DNA of 10,338 bases from contig JBFGJG010000082.1 of NCBI GenBank assembly GCA_041577295.1, forward strand, positions 1 through 10,338. Direction: 5' to 3'. Below the pieces are notes generated by a model. It worked only from the letters and a program-made list of their open reading frames with translations, did not search any database and was not told the DNA's origin. The DNA comes from Gemmatimonadales bacterium (lineage in GTDB: Bacteria; Gemmatimonadota; Gemmatimonadetes; Gemmatimonadales; GWC2-71-9). The number at the start of each line of letters is the position of its first letter. The stretch's first letter is position 1. A program made the translations under genes and the position numbers. Shown here piece after piece: positions 1 through 8,351 of this stretch.

Positions 1-1
1 T

Positions 2-730
2 ATTTTTCAGCACCTTGGCGAGATTATGTACTGGTTTCGCCTCAGTCCGGGTGCGAGTAATCGTCAGAAAACTTTCAGAATGCCGATGAGTGTTTTTGAA
101 GAGCGTCTTCGTCGTGTCGCTTTTGAGACCGTATTTGGCCGAGGAGGTGGATTGGTTGGAGCGGTGCTGGCTCCACTGCGTCAACGCTACAACAAGACGT
201 GGACCGCACGTCGCTGGGTGGTCAAGGCCCATCCCACTGAGCGGCAAGCGCAGGGGCTAGTCACCCTTTACCCGAGCGCACAGTTTCTCTACATGTATCG
301 TAATGGGATAGACACGGTCGCGTCTCGAACCAAGTTTGAGGGTTTTCGAAAAGCCTCCTTTGAGGAGCAGTGTCGAGTATGGAGCGATAGCGCTCAGCAG
401 TTCTCGTACCTGGCTCTCTGGAAGAGGGCCCTCGCTTTTTCACATGAAGAGTTCGTTGGACAGCGGGATGTCGCGTTCAACTCGATTTATGAGTTCTTAC
501 GCTTGGAACATGAAGAGAAACCCATCGAGTTTGCGGCTAGCACACTTGTCCACCCTCAAGGGGATCCGACGCTACGCGGCATCGACGTTAGCACCGTGCT
601 GGGGACTCGGCCCGCAGCATGGAGTGCTTGGTCAGATAGCGAGAGAAGAACGTTCAAGGAAATCTGTGCAAGTGCAATGGATCAGTTAGGGTATCAGATT
701 CCCTTCTCTGTTACCAAAGCCGGCGAGTAG
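2..730 (+). CDS. Sulfotransferase family protein (PAPS-dependent, Sulfotransfer_3-like), 5'-truncated by the window edge
   Basis: The frame is open from base 2 (IFQHLGEIM...), so the ATG at 26 is probably internal. WVVKAHP...LYPSAQFLYMYRNGIDTVASR matches the WxxKxP...FPxAxFIxxxRDxxDxxxS 3'-phosphate-binding region. It is followed by HEEFV...IYEFLRL and a typical W...F...M..LGY tail. Stop TAG at 728-730. Confidence 0.8.
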   Translation: MFQHLGEIMYWFRLSPGASNRQKTFRMPMSVFEERLRRVAFETVFGRGGGLVGAVLAPLRQRYNKTWTARRWVVKAHPTERQAQGLVTLYPSAQFLYMYRNGIDTVASRTKFEGFRKASFEEQCRVWSDSAQQFSYLALWKRALAFSHEEFVGQRDVAFNSIYEFLRLEHEEKPIEFAASTLVHPQGDPTLRGIDVSTVLGTRPAAWSAWSDSERRTFKEICASAMDQLGYQIPFSVTKAGE

Positions 731-740
731 ACGGTTTGCC

Positions 741-757
741 GCGTTAGCTGCGTTAGC
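741..757. repeat. Tandem 8-bp direct repeat GCGTTAGC-t-GCGTTAGC at the start of the PQQ dehydrogenase remnant
   Basis: Copies at 741-748 and 750-757. Each supplies a TAG (745-747, 754-756) in the PQQ frame, and PQQ homology starts at 757. Confidence 0.7.
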
Positions 758-1392
758 CCGACGGCCACTTTTACGTTCTCGATCGCGCGTCGGGTGAGTT
801 TCTCTTGGCTCGGCCATTTGCGAGGCAGACCTGGGCCGACGGGATCGATGAAACCGGCCGCCCAATCCTGCGAGAAAACCTCGCCCCTACCGCGGATGGG
901 ACGTTCCTGTACCCGGGACCATGGGGTGCGACGAACTGGTGGTCTCCCTCTTTCAGCCCGGCGACAGGCCTGCTCTACGTGCCGGTCGTGGAGTGGGGCG
1001 CAGTTTACTTCTCTGAGCCCGGTAACCCTGTGCATGTCCCAGGACGTCGGATCTGGGGTAGTGCCTACCAAGTGGTGCCCGGCGACAACCCGAGGAAATT
1101 CATACGCGCGCTTGCGCATGAAAGCGGCAATGTCGTCTGGGAGCACGAGTTCTCCCCAGGCCCGCGCAGCCAATCGATGTCGGGCATTCTGTCTACCGGC
1201 GGTGGTCTGGTCTTCTCTGGGGCGCCAGACGGTCGATTCGTTGCGCTAGACGCACACACCGGAAAACAACTATGGGAGAGACCGTTAGGGGGCAACATTA
1301 TCGCGGCCCCGATCACGTACATCGCCGGCGGGCAGCAACACATTGCGATTGCTGCAGGTAGATCCATCGTGGCCTTCGCGCTACACCGCTAG
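757..1392 (+). pseudogene. C-terminal fragment of a PQQ-dependent (methanol/ethanol-type) dehydrogenase, N-terminal part missing
   Basis: The frame from 757 reads PDGHFYVLDRASGEFLLARPFARQTW, like NRNGFFYVLDRxTGEFL. It continues YPGPWGATNWWSPSFSPATGLLYVP, GILSTGGGLVFSGAPDGRFVALDAHTGKQLW and AAPITYIAGGQQHIAIAAG, which are late beta-propeller motifs. Homology extends upstream of the TTG at 805. In-frame stops lie directly before it, and only 26 bp separate it from the previous gene. Confidence 0.85.
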
Positions 1393-1429
1393 GTCATCGT
1401 ACGCCCCTCTGGCGGAAGTCCCTAACCTC

Positions 1430-2191
1430 CTAGAGGCGTTTGAGGAAACTGGGTGGGCTAGCCCAAGCGTCCGGAGTTCCGATGTCGACGTACCGTCCAC
1501 CTGGCAATTCTACGCATTGAATATTCAATCCCTCGTCCACGGCCGCGCCGATAACCGAGGTCATGCTGAGGTTCTGCGAAGCGGCCACCGCCGGGGACCT
1601 GAGATAGAGGTGCATGAAATCCGTGAACGATGGGTTCCAGGCTGCCAGGATCCAAGTACGGCGCAGATCCGTACTCCCAGGGTGGAGCTGAACCCCCTGG
1701 AGCATGCCGTCTTCCGACACAGCTACCAAGTCGGCGGTTTCGGGATCGTTGGCAGGCAGAATCCCCAATGCGGCATCCGCTCCCGTTTGTGCCTGTCGTT
1801 CCAGCACCAGAGTAAAGCTATCCTCGGGCTGAAAAATGATGTCAGGAAATCCCGAAACCACGATCGAGTCTCGAACGAACGGATAAGCAACATCTAATGT
1901 GAACGGGGGACCACCCGTATCTCCAGTCACGAGGTACGCGATATTGAGGCCGAAATTGCGAACTGCTAGATACTGTGGTATGTCCCATTTCCTGGCCCCG
2001 AGTACGACATATGCGTTCTGGACACCCGCAAAGGCCATACGCTCCAGGAGACACTGACAGGCAACTTCCACCACAGCTCCACCTCGCCGCCGGCTCGAAC
2101 CAAATGCCACTGGAAGGATTTCCTTGCTGCATGGGAGTGACCCGAGACGACGGGCGTGTCCCGCCGCTGGCACCAACCCAACTACCTCCAC
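1430..2191 (-). CDS. Sugar-phosphate nucleotidyltransferase (NTP_transferase, RmlA/dTDP-glucose pyrophosphorylase-like)
   Basis: N-terminal VVGLVPAAGHARRL...SKEILPV signature, GFPDIIF, and C-terminal YVDIGTPD. Start placed at GTG 2191 because GGGAG lies 8 nt upstream. GTG 2206 is the alternative. Confidence 0.85.
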   Translation of the reverse strand: MEVVGLVPAAGHARRLGSLPCSKEILPVAFGSSRRRGGAVVEVACQCLLERMAFAGVQNAYVVLGARKWDIPQYLAVRNFGLNIAYLVTGDTGGPPFTLDVAYPFVRDSIVVSGFPDIIFQPEDSFTLVLERQAQTGADAALGILPANDPETADLVAVSEDGMLQGVQLHPGSTDLRRTWILAAWNPSFTDFMHLYLRSPAVAASQNLSMTSVIGAAVDEGLNIQCVELPGGRYVDIGTPDAWASPPSFLKRL

Positions 2192-2250
2192 CGCGATGAC
2201 TCCCACGAAGAGCGCTGTCTGAATGACCCGCCACGACTACGAACCATTCT

Positions 2251-3125
2251 TTACCCGGCGTTGAGGGATGACGTTTTTTGCGTCAGGTCGAGCGACGTGT
2301 GACCTGTCCGCCGATGACGCCGCCGAAGCCCCAGCAAGTCGAAGTCAACGTCCGGATAAGAACGAGTCATGTCTGCGATTCGCCGCATCTGTTCCCGAGT
2401 GAGTTGCGCCAGACCGCGCCCCAACACTCCCCGGTTGAACCGAATTCCTCTTCCTTCCTGCTCAGTGCGGGCAATGGCCAGCTGCATCGCATCCGCCCGG
2501 TTCCCCAGACCATAGAATTCGACGACCTTACCGAACGTGCCGCGCTTGTCATCGACCAGCTTCTCGAACGTGACCTAGCGACAGTCAACTGACCCCGCAG
2601 CGGCTGCGCGGTGCAAGGAGACGTAGAAGTTCAGATACCCCGGGAGGCCGATCCCAACGATGTAGTCGTTCTACTCGCACTCCACGAGCATCGCGAAAGG
2701 CATGATCGCAATAAACGTCGGAAAGTCGCAACCCTCGTAGATGATCTCTAATACTGAATAACCATGTCGAACAAGCTGCGGACGTGGATGACGGGGCGGA
2801 TCGCAAACCACGGCATGAGGTTGAGATTCGCCGCAGTAGCACGCGTGTGTTGATGCGTCACCCATCCGTGCCGGTAGTGGTCGATGAGCTTGGGCAGGTG
2901 CAGGTCCTGCTCGCTCTTCCCGCAACCGTAGCGTGATCTCTTCTCGGGATGGCCGGTCAGCTGCGCGAGCACCGTTTCCATGAAGGAGCCGGACTTCGGC
3001 ATGCAGGCAATGAAAAGAAACTGACCACGACGCCCGAACCGGCGCCTGAGACGCCAGCTCAGATCCACGGCTACGCTCGCAGGAGCTCGGGTAAGCCCAC
3101 GGAGCGTCCCGATGCCCCACCTCAC
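2251..3125 (-). pseudogene. Disrupted sulfotransferase (several frameshifts, two in-frame TAG stops)
   Basis: GTG 3125 overlaps the upstream TGA (GTGA). It contains FIACMPKSGS (5'-PSB loop) and VRSLFDMV. The expected continuation SIRDHL is in another frame near 2757, with further frame switches to about 2690. One frame then reads LVECE*NDYIVGIGLPGYLNFYVSL...DCR*VTFEKLVDD...KVVEFYGL...IRFNRGVLGRG, with TAG at 2671-2673 and 2575-2577, ending at 2251. Confidence 0.85.
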
Positions 3126-4078
3126 CACCCTTGCTCTTCCCAATGATCCCGGTACCATGCGATCGTATGTCGCAGCCCATCCTCCAAAGACATGCTCGCT
3201 TGCCAGCCCAGCAGGTGCCGCGCGCGCTCCGTCTCAGCGACGCGCTCCTGCTCCAACGGACGATCCGGCAACGCCCCGAACCGCGGCTCCACCACTGAAT
3301 CCATCAACTCGACTAGCTTCTCCACGACACCTCGAACGGATACGAGTCGGCCGGAGCCAACCTCGATCGGCGTTCCATCGACCGCGCGCGTTTCAGGGGC
3401 CGCGATGAGCGCCTCGACCACGTCGCTAACGTAGACCCAGTCGACCCTGCGCCGACCACTGGACAGCTGCGGAACCTCGCCGCGAAGCAGTGACAAGATC
3501 ACCGAAGGTACGAGCTTACGCACATCCTGCTGTCCGGGTCCGTAAACCATGAACAAGCGAAGATTTACGAGCCGTAGTCCGAACAGCGCATGAAACATCC
3601 TCGCGTAGCCCGCACCGGCCCATTTTGCGGCCGCATACGGAGAACATGGCACGCACTCCTGATCTTGGAAGTCGGGCTCCTCCTGTGATCCGGTCATCAC
3701 CACAACGACCCCTTCCGCTTCCGCCGCGACACTGAGCACGTTTACCGTGCTCAGGAGGTTGTTTCGAAACGTGGGCTCGACGGCCTCAAGCGTCCTGGCA
3801 CCTATGACATAGCTCGCAAGGTGATAGATGACATCTGGCGAGCTTGCATCCACGACACCCCGCAATGCATGGGCATCCGTAGCATCCGCCTGCCACCACT
3901 GCTTTCCATCGCTCTGATTGCGAGCTGGCTGTCTCGAGATCACGTGCACGTCTGCTCCGGTGCCCTCGAGTCTCCGGCACAGATGGGACCCGATGAACCC
4001 TCTGCCTCCGATTACTAGCACTCGCTTCCCGGCAACCCAGACTGGGGCGCGCGGCTCGGCGACGTGGCGCTCGCTCAC
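3122..4078 (-). CDS. NAD(P)-dependent epimerase/dehydratase family (extended SDR), probable NDP-sugar 4-ketoreductase or epimerase
   Basis: GGRGFIG Rossmann motif, YHLAS, TGSQEE, SPYAAAK (YxxxK), LRLFMVYGPGQ, RDWVYVSDV-like segment. Intact 318 aa. Confidence 0.9.
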   Translation of the reverse strand: MSERHVAEPRAPVWVAGKRVLVIGGRGFIGSHLCRRLEGTGADVHVISRQPARNQSDGKQWWQADATDAHALRGVVDASSPDVIYHLASYVIGARTLEAVEPTFRNNLLSTVNVLSVAAEAEGVVVVMTGSQEEPDFQDQECVPCSPYAAAKWAGAGYARMFHALFGLRLVNLRLFMVYGPGQQDVRKLVPSVILSLLRGEVPQLSSGRRRVDWVYVSDVVEALIAAPETRAVDGTPIEVGSGRLVSVRGVVEKLVELMDSVVEPRFGALPDRPLEQERVAETERARHLLGWQASMSLEDGLRHTIAWYRDHWEEQGW

Positions 4079-4082
4079 GAGA

Positions 4083-5402
4083 TCATTCGCTCGCTAGCTT
4101 TAGCAGCTCACTTGTCAACAGCGCGTCGGCGGCGCGTTTGATCACCCCGAACTCAATGCCTGCTCGATCGGCGATGTCCAACAAGCTATGCCGGCCGTCG
4201 GACAGATTCAGCACCCACAACATCGCCATTGGATCTGGAGCCCCTTGCGGCGGTTCCGCCATCGACTGATAGAGGCCCCGCCGCCCCAACTGCGGTTCAC
4301 ACTTCTGGTTCCGGCTGACGTAACTAACATTGTGCTCCAACACATGGATGACCGCGAGGTATTTGCTGAGCGAGTCCGCTAGATGCTCTGGCCGCACAAA
4401 CGCCAGATCGTCGCCCGACGTGTGGTACTCGGGAAACCGTCCATGGGGCGTGCGCCGGAGGCTGCCGACCGGGAGATCGAAGCCAGGAGAACAATATTGC
4501 CGCTCGTCGTAGCCGTAGGGTGCAAAGTCCTCCACCTCAAATGGCTCTCCTGAGTGCCGTAGGACATGTTCCACGGTCCGGTCGATCTCCGCATCGCCAC
4601 GCCGGCTTCGCTTATACGTCATCACACCGGAATCACCCACACAGGTCACAACCAACCCATGCTTGATTCGACTCACGATCGACTCATTCATCGACAGCCA
4701 CGCGATAGAGCCGATCGTTCCAGGTATGAAGAGGAACCGATACGAGTGGCGCAAGGGTAAGTCACTCAGTTCCCGTGCAAGGAACGTTGCAACCGCGACC
4801 CCTGACAGATTGTCATTGCATAATGACGGATGGCAGCAGTGACACGAAATCAACACCTCGTTCCGTCCCGCACCCGGCAGACACAGCTCCCCATAACTGA
4901 GATGACCGTTTTTCAATTCCGCATCGATGCATACATCGTATTCGTCCTCAGGAAGCCGCGTCAGCTGACTGTGGGCCAAACAGAATCCCCATGCCTCCTC
5001 GTAGTACGATGTCTTGTAGGGTATCCAGTCCGGTCGATCCGGCAACGAGTGAAGGTGAGGCAACAAATCCGTCAGCTTCATCGTTGCTCTCACGGGAACG
5101 CTGTAGCCCACCACGTGCAGATTCGACTTTCGGAAGTCGATGATGCGTTCATCGCGTGAGTTCTTGACATAAGCATCACGGATGTTCCATTCCTTCGGCA
5201 CGGTCCAGTCGTAGACCCGGGTGCCCGACGGCACCTCGCCAATAACCAAGCCGGGGAGAAGCTCCGCAACCCGTCGCAGCGTCTCCCGCAAGCCATTCCC
5301 CGTAATGCTGCGACAGATGGGATACAGATCGGATATGAATGCATGCATCTGATCGCCGATGTCCTGCGAATCCATCGGAACCGGTCTCTGAAACACCGTC
5401 AT
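4083..5402 (-). CDS. DUF4910-domain protein (M28 aminopeptidase-like fold with DUF2172 insert and C-terminal winged helix)
   Basis: LYPICRSITGNGLRETL, DWTVPKEWNIRDAY, NLHVVGYSVPV, HPSLCNDNLSG, GYDERQYCSPG, EYHTSGDDL, CEPQLGRRGLY and LWVLNLSDGRHSLLDIA are typical of this family. ATGA overlap with the upstream gene. Confidence 0.9.
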   Translation of the reverse strand: MTVFQRPVPMDSQDIGDQMHAFISDLYPICRSITGNGLRETLRRVAELLPGLVIGEVPSGTRVYDWTVPKEWNIRDAYVKNSRDERIIDFRKSNLHVVGYSVPVRATMKLTDLLPHLHSLPDRPDWIPYKTSYYEEAWGFCLAHSQLTRLPEDEYDVCIDAELKNGHLSYGELCLPGAGRNEVLISCHCCHPSLCNDNLSGVAVATFLARELSDLPLRHSYRFLFIPGTIGSIAWLSMNESIVSRIKHGLVVTCVGDSGVMTYKRSRRGDAEIDRTVEHVLRHSGEPFEVEDFAPYGYDERQYCSPGFDLPVGSLRRTPHGRFPEYHTSGDDLAFVRPEHLADSLSKYLAVIHVLEHNVSYVSRNQKCEPQLGRRGLYQSMAEPPQGAPDPMAMLWVLNLSDGRHSLLDIADRAGIEFGVIKRAADALLTSELLKLASE

Positions 5403-5935
5403 TCGACTGTGGCGAAATCGGGATAGCTCTCGTCCCTTGCCGAGATGATCCGCACCTCACCGGGCCAAGCGATGCCGAAGGCCGGATCGTTCCACCTCAC
5501 GCCGCGAGCCGCGTCAGGCTCGTAAAACTCGGTCATCAGATACGACACTTCACACGCGTCTTCCATCGTGAGAAATCCGTGGGCAAAGCCTTCCGGTACG
5601 TAGATCATTCGCCCGGCGCCCGCGGTCAGAATCTCGCAAAGATGCTCCGTAAAGGTCGGTGACCCCCTTCGCAGATCGATGATCACATCAGCAACCGCCC
5701 CGCGCGTACAACGCACTAGCTTGGCTTCGGCATGCGGCGCCGCTTGATAGTGCAAGCCCCTCAACGTTCCCTTCAACCGATTGAAAGACGCATTGCACTG
5801 TACAAGCCTAGTGTTGAGTCCATGGGTAGCAAACTCCCGAGCGCACCACGTTCGCGCGAAGAATCCACGTTCGTCCTCGATCCGCTCGGGATCGATGATG
5901 AACGCCCCCCCGAGCCTGGTCTCACGGAAAATCAC
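5399..5935 (-). CDS. rfbC: dTDP-4-dehydrorhamnose 3,5-epimerase family (RmlC/RfbC-like cupin)
   Basis: DERGFF, GTLRGLHYQ, KLVRC, DLRRGSPTF, PEGFAHGF, WNDP..GIAWP and SARD motifs. GTGA overlap with the methyltransferase stop. Confidence 0.93.
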   Translation of the reverse strand: MIFRETRLGGAFIIDPERIEDERGFFARTWCAREFATHGLNTRLVQCNASFNRLKGTLRGLHYQAAPHAEAKLVRCTRGAVADVIIDLRRGSPTFTEHLCEILTAGAGRMIYVPEGFAHGFLTMEDACEVSYLMTEFYEPDAARGVRWNDPAFGIAWPGEVRIISARDESYPDFATVE

Positions 5936-7278
5936 GGGTACACCCTGAGGTGTGGAATCGGTATGACGAACCTACCACCCCACTCGCGGACGTAAGACAG
6001 CTGCCCAACGATCTCCCGCTCGAGATTCCAAGGGAGGAGCAGGACGTACTCGGGCCGCGCCTCCCGGAGCGCCTCCGGAGCGAGAATGGGGATATGGGTA
6101 CCAGGAAGGAAACACCCTTGCTTGTGCGGACTTCGATCGACCGTGAATTGCACGAGGTCCCTCCCGATCCCGCAGTAGTTGAGCAGTGTATTCCCCTTCG
6201 CCGGCGCCCCGTAGCCAACCACCCGGCTTCCTTCCTCGGCAGCCGCGAGCAGAAATCGCAGCAGCTCCCGCTTTATGGCGTGTATACCCGAAGCGAACTC
6301 ACGGTATCGGGCCCGATCCCGCAATCCCGCGCGATCCTCCCTGGCCAGCAGCTCCTCAACCTGCGACGTGAATGGCCGTCTCGACGGTGGCTCGTGCCCG
6401 ACGTAGATACGAAGCGAGCCGCCGTGAGTCGGCAGCTCGTCTACATCGAAGACGAATAGCCCTTGGTTCTCGAAAACTCTTGTTACCGTATGCAGCGAAA
6501 AATAGGAGAAGTGCTCGTGATAGATCGTATCGAACTGATTCTCCTCGATGAGGCGCATTAGATGGGGGAACTCCATCGTGATGACTCCGCCGGGACGGAG
6601 GAGACGCTTCAATCCTCGAACGAAATCATTGAGCGCCGGCACGTGTGCGAGCACGTTATTACCAACGATGAGATCCGCCTGTGTCCCTGCCGTTACAAAC
6701 TCACGGGCCAGCGCATCGTCGAAAAACCGTACCAGCGTGCGAATCCCCTTCTTTTCCGCGGCCTGCGCGCAATTCGCCGCGGGTTCGATCCCCAACACGG
6801 GAATGCCACGCCGTACGAAAAATTGCAGTAGATATCCATCATTGCTTGCAATTTCGACCACCAGTGACGTCGCACCAAGATTCCACCGGCCGACGGCGGT
6901 CTCCACATAATCTTCGGCGTGCCGGACCCAGCTGTCTGAGTAAGACGAGAAGTACGCGTAATGAGAGAAGATCTCGTCAGGGTGAGCGTGCTCGTCCAGC
7001 TGAACCAGGTAGCACTCATCGCAGACGTAGGCGACCAGCGGGTAGAAGCGCTCCGGCTGCCGTAGCTCTGCTCGGCTCAGATATGAGTTGGCGAGTGGCG
7101 ACATCCCCAGGTCGATGAACACATCCACGAGGGGGGCTCCGCAACAGCGACAGCGCGGCGATGACCGCGCCGTCGGACCTTCGACTCGCGTGTCGTGGTG
7201 CGTCGACGTGGCATCACCCGCCGAATCGTCGAGTGCATTCGAACTGCGTTTCGCGCCGCGGCCCAGACGCCCGTTCAC
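5932..7278 (-). CDS. SAM-dependent NDP-hexose C-methyltransferase (TcaB9/KijD1/EryBIII-like, Zn-binding)
   Basis: Zn ligands CRCC...[58 protein letters not shown]. The start is better placed at GTG 7278 (GTGA overlap with the upstream stop, GGAG shortly before) than at the ORF-track start 7449, which lies inside the upstream gene. Confidence 0.92.
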   Translation of the reverse strand: MNGRLGRGAKRSSNALDDSAGDATSTHHDTRVEGPTARSSPRCRCCGAPLVDVFIDLGMSPLANSYLSRAELRQPERFYPLVAYVCDECYLVQLDEHAHPDEIFSHYAYFSSYSDSWVRHAEDYVETAVGRWNLGATSLVVEIASNDGYLLQFFVRRGIPVLGIEPAANCAQAAEKKGIRTLVRFFDDALAREFVTAGTQADLIVGNNVLAHVPALNDFVRGLKRLLRPGGVITMEFPHLMRLIEENQFDTIYHEHFSYFSLHTVTRVFENQGLFVFDVDELPTHGGSLRIYVGHEPPSRRPFTSQVEELLAREDRAGLRDRARYREFASGIHAIKRELLRFLLAAAEEGSRVVGYGAPAKGNTLLNYCGIGRDLVQFTVDRSPHKQGCFLPGTHIPILAPEALREARPEYVLLLPWNLEREIVGQLSYVREWGGRFVIPIPHLRVYP

Positions 7279-8315
7279 GCCGCGACTCCGCTCCCCCGCC
7301 AGCGCAAATGTCGATCGATACGTCCGGCGGCCAGCAGGCTCTTGATTCGGCGGAGTCGCATGAACCGCTCGCCCTCGAAGTCCACCGCCGCCAACGGTGT
7401 TTGCATGAACGCTCCGTACAGCTCTTGGGCACCCTTTCGCACATCCCATCTGAGCTGCAAGTCAGGCAACCTCTCTGCGAGCTTGTTACAGGTCACCCGA
7501 TAGCAGCGCACATCCGGACCGGCCCCTTCCGCGTACTCGATCCGCGAGCCACTCACGGTGGCGGCGACGATCTCGGCCAGTTCACGAATGCGATAGTTCT
7601 CGTGTGAATGTCCCACGTTGAAGGCCTCGTTGTGGATGGAAGCCCGGGGAGCCTTCAACACTGCCGCAAACGCCCGCGCAATATCCTCGACGTGCACGAG
7701 CGGGCGCCATGGCGATCCGTCGCTCTGCAAACGCACGACCCCGGTCGTCACCGCCGCCGCAACCAAGTTGTTGAGCACCAGGTCGAGGCGCAGTCGCTGC
7801 GAGAGACCATAGGCGGTGGCATTCCGCAGGAACGTCGGACTGAAGTCCGAATCGGCTAGGCGCGCCACATCGTGTTCGACTCGGACCTTGGACTCACCGT
7901 AAGGCGTGACGGGACTCAACGAAGCTGTCTCGTCCACCAACTCGTCACCGGCCTGTCCGTAATTACTGCATGACGAGGAGAACACAAAGCGCGACACGCC
8001 GGCCTGCTTGGCCAACCCGGCGAGTCTGACAGAAGCTGCGTGATTGATCGCATACGTGAGACTCGGGTCAAGATTACCTAGCGGGTCGTTCGAAAGGCCT
8101 GCTAGGTGGACCACGGCCTCGAAGCCGTCCAAGTCACGGACCTCAACGTCGCGGATGTCGCAACGAGATTCTCGAATCGACTCATCGACCGCACCGAAAT
8201 CACATTCATCGAAGAGGTCACTGTCGAAGCCAAATACTTCGTGACCGTCGTCGCGGAGAATTCGAGTGAGTACCTTGCCGATGTAGCCGTTATGGCCGGT
8301 GACGAGCACTTTCAT
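7275..8315 (-). CDS. NAD-dependent epimerase/dehydratase family (extended SDR)
   Basis: [40 protein letters not shown] (YxxxK), [29 protein letters not shown] upstream. Confidence 0.92.
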   Translation of the reverse strand: MKVLVTGHNGYIGKVLTRILRDDGHEVFGFDSDLFDECDFGAVDESIRESRCDIRDVEVRDLDGFEAVVHLAGLSNDPLGNLDPSLTYAINHAASVRLAGLAKQAGVSRFVFSSSCSNYGQAGDELVDETASLSPVTPYGESKVRVEHDVARLADSDFSPTFLRNATAYGLSQRLRLDLVLNNLVAAAVTTGVVRLQSDGSPWRPLVHVEDIARAFAAVLKAPRASIHNEAFNVGHSHENYRIRELAEIVAATVSGSRIEYAEGAGPDVRCYRVTCNKLAERLPDLQLRWDVRKGAQELYGAFMQTPLAAVDFEGERFMRLRRIKSLLAAGRIDRHLRWRGSGVAA

Positions 8316-8351
8316 CGCCCATATCCTTCCCCCGTAGACATCTTCGCCAAG

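Noticed and set aside
741..760. GTTAGC motifs (also at 9413) as integron attC/attI core sites
   Set aside because: There is no matching RYYYAAC inverse core at a suitable distance, no attC-like palindrome and no integrase in the window.
1393..1440. Bidirectional terminator between the convergent PQQ remnant and nucleotidyltransferase
   Set aside because: Only a weak bulged stem with a long loop is present, and there is no clear U-tract.
2575..2673. Amber (TAG) read-through or recoding in the sulfotransferase and PQQ frames
   Set aside because: TAG is the normal stop at 730, 1392 and 1430, and the same gene also has frameshifts. Decay is the simpler explanation.
7279..7449. ORF-track N-terminal extension of the methyltransferase to 7449
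   Set aside because: It would overlap the upstream SDR by 175 bp. GTG 7278 with a GTGA overlap fits the operon pattern.
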